DNA of 18,539 bases from an archaeon (GTDB lineage: Archaea; Iainarchaeota; Iainarchaeia; Iainarchaeales; CSSED10-239). The position numbers and the translations under genes are program-made. Positions 6,701 to 15,300 of the stretch are shown here, piece by piece. The notes below the pieces were generated by a model that was not told the DNA's origin, searched no databases, and was given only the letters and a program-made list of their open reading frames with translations. Location: the NCBI GenBank assembly GCA_041677685.1, contig JBAYPN010000015.1:1-18539 (forward strand), written 5' to 3'. The stretch's first letter is position 1; every line of letters starts with the position of its first letter.

Positions 6701-7780
6701 ATGATTATGGACAACTTACAAAATATTGTTAATCTAATGGTTAACAACTATGAAAAGAACCAATTAACAATTAAATACTTGAAAAAGAACAACTTCAAAG
6801 AAATTAATAATCCATACAACAACTTAGAAAAAATAATTAACAAAATTGAAATTATAAAAGACCAAAATAGTTCCTTTATTGGTGTTGATTCTGGTTTTGT
6901 AAACAAACAATTTAATTTTGCAAACATTACCATAATTAAGGAAGTTGGAGTAGTCTTCAATTACAGAAATTCAAAACTAGAAAAGGCAACCTATTTTCCA
7001 AAAGCCTATAATCTTGCAAAACCATACATCACAACTTCTGCTTTAGAACTTGAAGAGATTGTTTGGAACACCTCAATTTTGAGATTAGAAAAAGAGATTG
7101 GGCTTTCTTTTGAAATAATTGAAAAAAGTGATTCTAATTTTTGTTTAATTGATGGTTCAATTGTTCCACAATATATTTCTAAGCCTTCAAAGGAATCTAA
7201 ATTACTTTCTTCTTATAATTCCTTAATTAATAATTTTATTAATATCTATAATCTTTGTAAAGAAAAAAAAGTCTACTTGGTTGGGTGTATTGAAGACTCA
7301 AGAGCAAACAGATTTTTTAAATTCTTAGAAGAAAAGATAATAAAAGAGAAGCTAACAAATGAACTGTATGATCCTTTCTTAGTCTTCTCTCTGCTCTCTA
7401 AAAATGAAAGAACTTGTGTTATTAAATATTCAGACAACTTTAAAGAACATCCAATCTTAAAGGACTTTCCAAAAGAGGTCTCTGACAACCTTTATATTCT
7501 TTATATTAAACTTTCAGAAGATGACTTTCCTTTAAGACTAGAATTTATTTACTTTGAGAGTTTTGGCTTGTCCTTAAAAGAATACACAGAACAGATTGTC
7601 TCAAACATCTCCTCAGTTTCTAATCTAAACAAAAGATATGTTTATCCTTCACCCCTAATAGAAGCAGATTTGAGAAGCAGACTAAGGCTTGATGAAATTG
7701 ATTCAATAACAAACACAATTTTAGAAAAAACAAGAAAATTTGGGTTTAGGGTGCCAAGAAGAGAATCTAGAATCTTTTAA
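6701..7780 (+). CDS. nurA: NurA-like 5'-3' nuclease (DNA end-resection family)
   Basis: The NurA-type motif order is present: IGVDSG (first acidic motif), RLEKE, CLIDGSIV (Asp at 7151-7153), IEDSRANRF and a C-terminal YPSPLIEADLRSRL. The track ORF starts at TTG 6686, which lies inside the upstream repeat. ATG 6701 or 6707 is more plausible. The family call comes from motif memory only. Confidence 0.6.
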   Translation: MIMDNLQNIVNLMVNNYEKNQLTIKYLKKNNFKEINNPYNNLEKIINKIEIIKDQNSSFIGVDSGFVNKQFNFANITIIKEVGVVFNYRNSKLEKATYFPKAYNLAKPYITTSALELEEIVWNTSILRLEKEIGLSFEIIEKSDSNFCLIDGSIVPQYISKPSKESKLLSSYNSLINNFINIYNLCKEKKVYLVGCIEDSRANRFFKFLEEKIIKEKLTNELYDPFLVFSLLSKNERTCVIKYSDNFKEHPILKDFPKEVSDNLYILYIKLSEDDFPLRLEFIYFESFGLSLKEYTEQIVSNISSVSNLNKRYVYPSPLIEADLRSRLRLDEIDSITNTILEKTRKFGFRVPRRESRIF

Positions 7781-7911
7781 GGAAAAAAAGTTAATAATCC
7801 AAACTCATTAGTTTATTAAATGGTTTTGTGTATACTATATAATATTTTAATAAAGAAAGCTTGATCTTTTTAGCCATCAAAAAGCGGTTAGAAAATCAAA
7901 CAAAAAAACCT

Positions 7912-7925
7912 ATTTCTTAAGAAAT
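7912..7925. promoter_or_regulatory. perfect 14-bp palindrome ATTTCTTAAGAAAT, candidate operator
   Basis: The sequence is exactly self-complementary. It lies 50 bp upstream of the ATG of the winged-helix gene, just upstream of an AT-rich TATA-like stretch (TTTTAATA, 7942-7949). Confidence 0.35.
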
Positions 7926-7974
7926 TTTAAACCGATGCTCTTTTAATACTTTCATGACATAATCATGATATATT

Positions 7975-8436
7975 ATGACAGAAAATGACATTAACACAAA
8001 ACAGAAATTTCTAGAGTTGTTACTCAAAGAAGACACAAAAGAACTGGGTTTGAGTGATCTTATTCAAATCCAAGAAAAGTTTAATGATCCATTAATACTT
8101 TCAGTAATCATTCATCAATTAATAGAAGAAAGAAAAAAGACAAACAACATACTTTTAGAACTAAGAGAGAAGTATGATAGCTTACAGTTTTTAGTTAAAA
8201 ACAACATAAAGACTAAGCAAGAACAAAACACAGATGTTTACAACATATTACCAGAGATAGATGACAAGATAATTTCTTTTATTAAAGTTAAACAAAAAGT
8301 TGACGCTGAGATGGTCCAAAATGAATTTAATTATAAGGGATCAAATGCAGCATCACAGAGATTAAACAAACTAGTAAACAATGGATACTTAAGGAAAGTG
8401 CAAGCAGGAAGAAAGGTATACTTTATTGTTAGGTAA
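7975..8436 (+). CDS. small winged helix-turn-helix DNA-binding protein (153 aa)
   Basis: The N-terminal half is charged and helical. The C-terminal ~60 aa have a classic wHTH pattern: DDKIISFIKVKQKVDAEMVQNEFNYKGSNAASQRLNKLVNNGYLRKVQAGRKVYFIV. This reads as helix, recognition helix and then a beta-hairpin wing containing GRK. Confidence 0.6.
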   Translation: MTENDINTKQKFLELLLKEDTKELGLSDLIQIQEKFNDPLILSVIIHQLIEERKKTNNILLELREKYDSLQFLVKNNIKTKQEQNTDVYNILPEIDDKIISFIKVKQKVDAEMVQNEFNYKGSNAASQRLNKLVNNGYLRKVQAGRKVYFIVR

Positions 8437-8829
8437 AAGTATTTTTTACTTTTGCAAAATAATTAACCCCCTTTAATTAAAAAACCCCTTTTTTAATTAC
8501 ATATCTTTCTTTTCTTGCTTTTCCCTTTTCTGCCTTTTTTAAAACTTATAAAAATTAGAAGGATTGACTGATATGTTTTTCCTTCTTCTTTTCTGCCCTT
8601 ATTTTTCTTATCACAAATCTTCTTTTTTAAAAATCCTTTAATTAAAAATTTTTTAATTCATAGTCTTTCATTTTCTTTTAAAATCAGTTTCCAATTTTCC
8701 TTTTTCTATCCCTTTTCTGTAATCCCCACTCTTTTTTCAAACAACCTATCTTTGTTTACAAAAATTAATATATTTAAATCTTTTGTTCTATAATTCTAAT
8801 ATACAATTTAGGTATGGGGGCAGAAAAAA
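8437..8829 (+). other. 393-bp non-coding pyrimidine-rich (T/C on + strand) region with short repeated motifs
   Basis: No ORF of 60 aa or more occurs in any frame. CCCTTTTCTG-type motifs occur at 8523-8534, 8588-8598 and 8710-8719. CCTTTAATTAAAAA followed by TTTTTTAATT occurs at 8470-8498 and 8635-8658. A T6 tract at 8443-8448 lies just after the stop codon. Confidence 0.6.
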
Positions 8830-9165
8830 ATGGACTTTCAAAAAATAGGGGCTTATGCTTTTTTATTTGGAATTTTAATTTCAATTATTTTTGGATTGAT
8901 TTACTCTACAGGAAATCCAAGTTGGGTATCAGTAGCACTAATAATCTTAGGTTTAATAATTGGATTATTAAACATCTCTGACAGAAATGTATCTTTATTC
9001 TTAATTGCAGCAATAGCATTTATTGCAACAAGCAATTCTATAAATGCATTACCTGTAATTGGGGATCTTTTAAGAGGAATTTTAATAAATTTAGTTCACT
9101 TTGTAGGACCAGCTGCAATGATTGTTTCAATCGTTGCAATCATTAGGGTTGCAAATACTAAATAA
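8830..9165 (+). CDS. small polytopic membrane protein (111 aa, 3-4 predicted TM helices), function unknown
   Basis: ATG preceded by GGGGG (8816-8820). Almost the entire protein is made of hydrophobic helices: AYAFLFGILISIIFGLIY, VSVALIILGLIIGLL, LFLIAAIAFIA and FVGPAAMIVSIVAII. Confidence 0.65.
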   Translation: MDFQKIGAYAFLFGILISIIFGLIYSTGNPSWVSVALIILGLIIGLLNISDRNVSLFLIAAIAFIATSNSINALPVIGDLLRGILINLVHFVGPAAMIVSIVAIIRVANTK

Positions 9166-9210
9166 TTTCCTTTCCCTTTTTTTCTTTTTTTTAAATTGAT
9201 TCTTTTTTAA
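9166..9210 (+). terminator. multiple oligo-T tracts after the small membrane protein gene
   Basis: T7 (9177-9183), T8 (9185-9192) and T6 (9203-9208) lie directly downstream of the stop at 9165. Confidence 0.4.
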
Positions 9211-9360
9211 AGACTTTCCATATATAGATATATTTATATATAATTTGATGTAAATTATAATTATAAATTAAGAATAATATTTAAATCTAAAAACAACAAA
9301 ACAGAAAGAATAAAGAACAACAAAAACACAGCATTAAACATTTGTTTGGAAAGTATAGAT

Positions 9361-12300
9361 ATGGGTAAGGAAGAAAAAAAAAGAAATAATTTTTTCTCAA
9401 AAATATACAGTAGCTTAGAAAAAGGTTATTATAATTTTTCAAATTGGTTAACAAAGAAAGGAATCAACCTAAATGCTTTAAATAAAAAATTAGAAAATAA
9501 AGGAGTTCCTCCATTTATCTTGTTTGGTTCAATCTTACTAATTATAATCTTACTAGTATTATTCTTATTTGTGTTTAATGTTAATGCAACTTCTGAAATC
9601 AAATTTAGTATTCAAGGTTCTGACAACAAGTCAATCAATGATGCAAGCCTTGTGATTAAAGATGTTAAAGGTAAAAAGGTATTTTCAGGAACAGTAAACA
9701 ACAACGATGTTATTAAGATAAATCTAAAGCCAGGAAAAACATATTCCTTTTCTGCAATGAAAGATGGTTATAAGCCTTTTAACAAAGACTTTTTAATTGA
9801 ATCAAAAGAAGACCTAATTGTAATTGTTTTTAATGAAATTATTCAGAACGGAATCTTACAAATTAAAATAATAGATTCTCAAGACAAAAGAATTGTTGCA
9901 AATGCTCTAGTTACTGTTAGCTACTTGCTTGATGGGAAAAGAACAGAAATCTCAGGTAAACCAGATAAAAATAATTTCTATGATGTTAACTTACAAGTCC
10001 CAATCAACAAGGACATAGAGCTAATTGTCTCTGCTGACAAATACCAAGACCATAAAGAAACAATAAGATTAAATTCTGAAGCAGAAACTAGAAACATAGA
10101 GCTTGTTTTTAATAGTGGGCTTTTAGAAGGAAAAAGCAGAATTACTTTTGTGGTTAATGATGAGGCTGGAGAGTTGTTGAATGATTCTATAGTTGAAGTC
10201 TATAATCTATCTGATCAACTAATAGCTCAGAACAGAACTGTTGATGGAAGAGCAATTATTGATGTTGATTCTGGCTCAACAATCAACTACAAGGTAAGTA
10301 AAGAAGAATACAGGACCTTTGTAAGTGATCCTTTAATCTCTTTTAAAATATTAAACAAAGAAGAGATAATAAACATTACCCTAAAGAAAGGAGGAAGCTC
10401 TTTGAAAGTAAAAATACTTGATTCAATTTCCTTTAATCTTTTACAAGATGCTTCTGTCTCCATTTATGATCAAAACCAATCATTGTTAGACAACAAGACA
10501 ACTGACCTTTCAGGAACTATCAACTTCCAAGGCTTAGAAACAAACTCAGAGTTTATTGTTGTTGGTTGTAAGCAAAATTATTTTTGTGAAAGTAAAAAAG
10601 TTTCTTTAATTAATTTCTCAGAACTAGAGTTAAGGTTAGAAGAAATAAACATAAATAATAGTGCAATTTTAGAAGTCTTTGTTGTTGACTTTAAAAATCT
10701 ACCTGTAGATAATGCAAAAATTAAAATCTTTGAAATAAAAGATGAAATTGAATATCCTTATAATGATGAACCATTTGTTCTAGATGCAACTGGTGGACTT
10801 TCCTTACCTTTAAAGGTTGGTTCTAAATATCTTGTGTATGCTTATGTTGGAGATGTTGAAGACTACCAGTATATAACCATTAGTAACAAACTACAAAATA
10901 GAATTATTTTTACAATTGAGCAATCTTCAAAAATCTTAACCTTAGACTTACTAGATAGCTTTGGACAGAAAATAAGTTCAGGACATGTATCAATTTCTGC
11001 AAAGGACGGAACAATTTTATATGACTCAGACATCAACTCTGCATTAGATGATATTATGTTTCGTACAGATGGTTATTCTGACTTTATATTAAATTACACA
11101 GATTCAAATGGTGTAACAACAACTGGGACACTATCAGCAAATGATGCAGACTCAGCAAACCATTTAGGCTTTAAACTTAACCCTAAAGTAGTTGGTGATT
11201 TTCCAATCATTGACTTTGTAGGCATACAGAATAGTAGAGGGGAAAAAATAAATTATATTTCTCCAAACAATGATTATTATTTAATATTTGATGTAATTGT
11301 TCCACAAGGCACAACCAAAGCAGGAGTGCATATTAGAGCTGGAGAGGACACTGTTACTGATTCTGAAAATCAAAGTTATGGAATCACAGGCTTTATGGCA
11401 GACACAACAAACTTCACCTACTCAACAACCTACAATCCTTTACCTGAACCTGGTTCACAATCAATAGATGTCTTAAACCAAGGAAATGCAGGAAACATTA
11501 ACAAATGGATTGAGCTAAAATGGGATAATAAGCTTGGAGTTACAAACAAGCAAATTAAAATTAAAGTAAAAGCAATTGACTCTTCTACATTTAAACCAAA
11601 ATTTAAATACAGGGCATGGGTTGAAAGAGACTTTGAGGTTTACAGAGATCCACAAGACTCAACCCTACAAAAGAAATACTCAACAAACAACAGACAACAA
11701 CTTTATGCAGACACAAAAGAAATAACTGTAGAGTTATTTGATGTTCCTGCAGAATGTAAAGATGATATTTGTGTGTCTTATAGCTTTATTGACTCAGATG
11801 GAATTAGTTATTCTAAAGAGGACTTTTTTGCATTAAAGGGAGATGTGTTTGCTTTAGAAGCTACACTTTACAGTAATAAAAATAGAGTAATTAAATTAAA
11901 CACAAAGACATCAACTACCCAACCAGCAATCTCATTTATAAGTGCTGATGAAGGAACTTTAGCTTTTCCAACAAACTTTAATCTAGGCACAATTTCAGAA
12001 CTTGAACTAAACAAAGATGGAATTAATTTAAGGGCTGGAGAGCGAAACAAAGTCTACACTTACTTTGTCTCAAAAGCAATTGGTGTAAGTTATATTGATT
12101 CAAAATTTATTTTAGAAGATGACTCTGCTCTTGAACAAAGATTAAGCTTTGAGGTTCTTGACAAAAGATACTTAAGAATATTATTTAATCCTGACCTAAT
12201 ATTACCATTTGGTTCTAAACTAGAGTTAGAGGTCTTTGATTCAGCAAATGGAAACCCAATTGAAAATGCTTTTATAAAGATTGAAGATGAGCAAGGGCAA

Positions 12301-15300
12301 TTTATAAGACTAATAAAAGGAGATAGACTAAATGGAAGGGCAGGAAAATATGTAATCAATTCAGATTTTGTTGTAAACAAATTAAATTTAACAATCTCTG
12401 CTTATGGTTATGTGCCATTTACCAAACAACTTTTGATTGCTGATGACTCTGTTCTTGTTGCTCCAAAGGAAGTGTTGATTAACTTAGGGGTTGATCAAAT
12501 TTCTCAAACTGTAAATTTCAATTTAGAAAATATTTCTGACACCTCAGTAACTGACATCTATGTTGGAGAACCTGTTTGGGTAAATGGGGCTGACACCTTG
12601 ACTTTGGATGTTAGAGGACCACCAAGTGTTACTAAGAAAAATAAAATAAACTTTCAAGCAATTGCAACAGTTTCAAAAGATGCATTATTTGATTCTGCAT
12701 ATGCAAATGTTCCAATCTATGGGCTTGTGGGGAATAGGCAAGTTGCAACTGTTGTTTCTATAAGGATAAACAGAGGGTTGATAGTTGATGACTGTTTGGT
12801 AATTGCACCAAAAAAGATTGACACTTTTGTTGGGCTAAACACCAATTTCAATTATGATGATTATTATGGGGCTGGAGACTACCAAGACTTTATAGGCTCA
12901 CAAAATTTAAATTATACACCTAATCAAAGCTATAACACAGGATATGGTGGGTCTATTCCAGGTTCAAGTAATTCCAATTCCAACTACAATTATTATAATG
13001 ATGGCTTTAACAGATATATTAACAACTTCATAACCTCTAGAGCAGGAGCCTCTGAAAACACAGTAGTTTTTACTATTCAGAATAAATGTGAACAAATAGT
13101 TTTCTTAAACCCAAAGTTAGTTCCAATCTCTTCAAATTCAAACAATGATCTTGAAATTATATTAAATCAGTTGACTATACTTCCAGGTGAAGAAAAGCTA
13201 TATGATGTGCTTATTAAAAACACAAGTGATAGAGAACAAATTAAAAAATATAAATTTAATATTTTGTGGGAAAATTCTTTTTATAATCTTTCACCTACAG
13301 AACTTAATGTTGACTTGATAGATGTAAGTAAAGCTTTGTGGGTTGCACCTACACAATTACAGATCTATTTATCACAGACAACCGAACAACAACCAGCAAT
13401 AACAAGCACAAGAATTATGATTAAAAATATTGGAAATGTTCCAATAACTGACATACAGATAAGCACTTACCCACAGATCAAGTCTGCAAATATTGGAGTA
13501 ACTGAATACCCAAGGGAGATAAAGATTTTAGAGCCTGGTAAACGAGTTCCTGTTGATCTAAAGTTTACAGTTAACATTAATAGAGCAACTTTAGAAGACA
13601 TGTACTTTGTTGTTACTGGAAAGGCAGCAGGTGTGAAAAATCCAGTCTTTGCAAAAACAACTGCCTACTTTTTAATTTCTTCTCCTAATTGTCTAAAGAT
13701 TAGTCCTAAAAATCTAGACTTTACTTTAAATTTAGGAGAGAAAAAAGCAAGAAATATTTCTATTAATAACCAATGTGCAGAGCCTGTAGCAATTGTTGGA
13801 ATTGATAAAAGACTTGGTAGTTACCAACAAGCCTTTGGGAATAACGCTGTGTCTTTAGTTCCAACATCTGGGATGGGGGTAATTCCACCAAACGGTTTTG
13901 CAGACTTTTCATTTTCAATAACTGCAAATGCATATGGTGGACAACCAAAGGTTCCTGTAACAATTATTGGACAAGCTTTAAATTCAGGTAATTATGTAAC
14001 TTCAGAGAGCACTTTAGTTTCTTTAAATATTCTATCTAAAGATCAAGATGAACAAAATGATTTCTTACAATCTTTTGAAGTAACTCTTCCTGTTTGTAAT
14101 AACCCTTCTGAGTCTAAGACTGTGTACATGCCTTTAATCTCTGTTAATGACTGTACAGGTAGGGATGGTTATTGTGATTCTTATGGAGCTTCTGAATTGA
14201 TACTATCAAAGATTGATGAGATGTATGGAAAAATACAGACAGTTGCTGCACACTCCCAAAATCAATTATTAAAAACTGGTTGTTCTGTTCAAAAGGCTTT
14301 ACAAGGATATTGTCCAATCTCTGATCTTGGGGGGGACTTAGGTCCTGTTGAGTTTGATGTTTACCTACAGAACGATTCTTTATCTTATGACCTAGTCAAA
14401 GAGATCTTAAGCAAATCAGATTATAAATTTAAAAAATATTTTGTTGATGTTGCAGTTCCAAACAGTAACCTTACAGGGTATGGTACCTATCAATATGGGG
14501 GGAAAATAAACATCCCTAATCTTTCTGGTTGTGGGAAATATAAATTAGAGTTGAATGCCTTTATTGGAGCTAACCAAGACAGCATCTTTCCAAACAGAGT
14601 TAACTTCTTAGTAAATTTAGTTTCTTATAAACAAACTGAACAATGTGAAAAAAGTATTGAAAATTATTTAAATTATTTGCCGTGGGACATAGACCTTACA
14701 AAGAATAAAAGTAAAGGCACCTGGTTAACTGTGTTTTCAGGTGATGAGAATGTAGCAAAAGAGATTTTAAGTGGAGTTAGTAAATTTGAAAAGAATGATA
14801 ATAGATATGTGAAGGGTAACATTCCAAGCACTAAACAAAATCATCTTAACATCAGAGTTGGAAAGATTAATGAAGATCAAGAGGCTTTAGCAAAAATATA
14901 CTTTAATGATCTACAAAAAAGTCCTTCCTCTAAACCTGAACAACTAAATATTGTAATAAATAATAGATATGCAATTTCTGGAACTTCACAATTGCCTGAA
15001 AAAGTATTGACTGATGCTAAGATCTTAATCAATAATTTTATAAGTAAGACTGATTATACAGAAAATTGTATTTCAGAAAATCTAGATTATATGTTAATCT
15101 TAAAAGTTATAAAAGCAGGGAGATTAGAATTTGATCCTAAAGAAAAGACAAGTGTTGTTTTAGTTGATAAAGTTTGTACTGATCTAAACATTGTTTCTGA
15201 TATTTTAGAAAATGTTGTTTTAAACCTAAAAGCACCAAATGACCTAAACACTTGGTTTGAATATAGAAATAAAAAATATGATTCTCTTGGTTTAGATTTA

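Noticed and set aside
5768-7488. Minus-strand ORFs 5768-6199, 6748-6960 and 7273-7488
   Set aside because: They are fully embedded antisense to the HtpX-like gene (which has a HEXXH site) and the NurA-like gene. They have no independent support.
7781-9345. tRNA or other structured RNA genes in the longer intergenic regions (7781-7974, 8437-8829, 9166-9345)
   Set aside because: I found no G+C-rich cloverleaf-compatible segments, no conserved GTTCRANNC T-loop motif and no long stable helices. The sequences are AT- or T/C-rich and low-complexity. An unstructured ncRNA cannot be ruled out.
5577-9360. Non-ATG starts used by the ORF track (GTG 5577, TTG 6686, TTG 9346)
   Set aside because: In each case an in-frame ATG lies 6-21 nt downstream (5583, 6701 or 6707, and 9361). 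TTG 6686 lies inside the duplicated promoter-like repeat, and the TATA spacing fits the ATGs better. The upstream starts cannot be excluded without experimental data.
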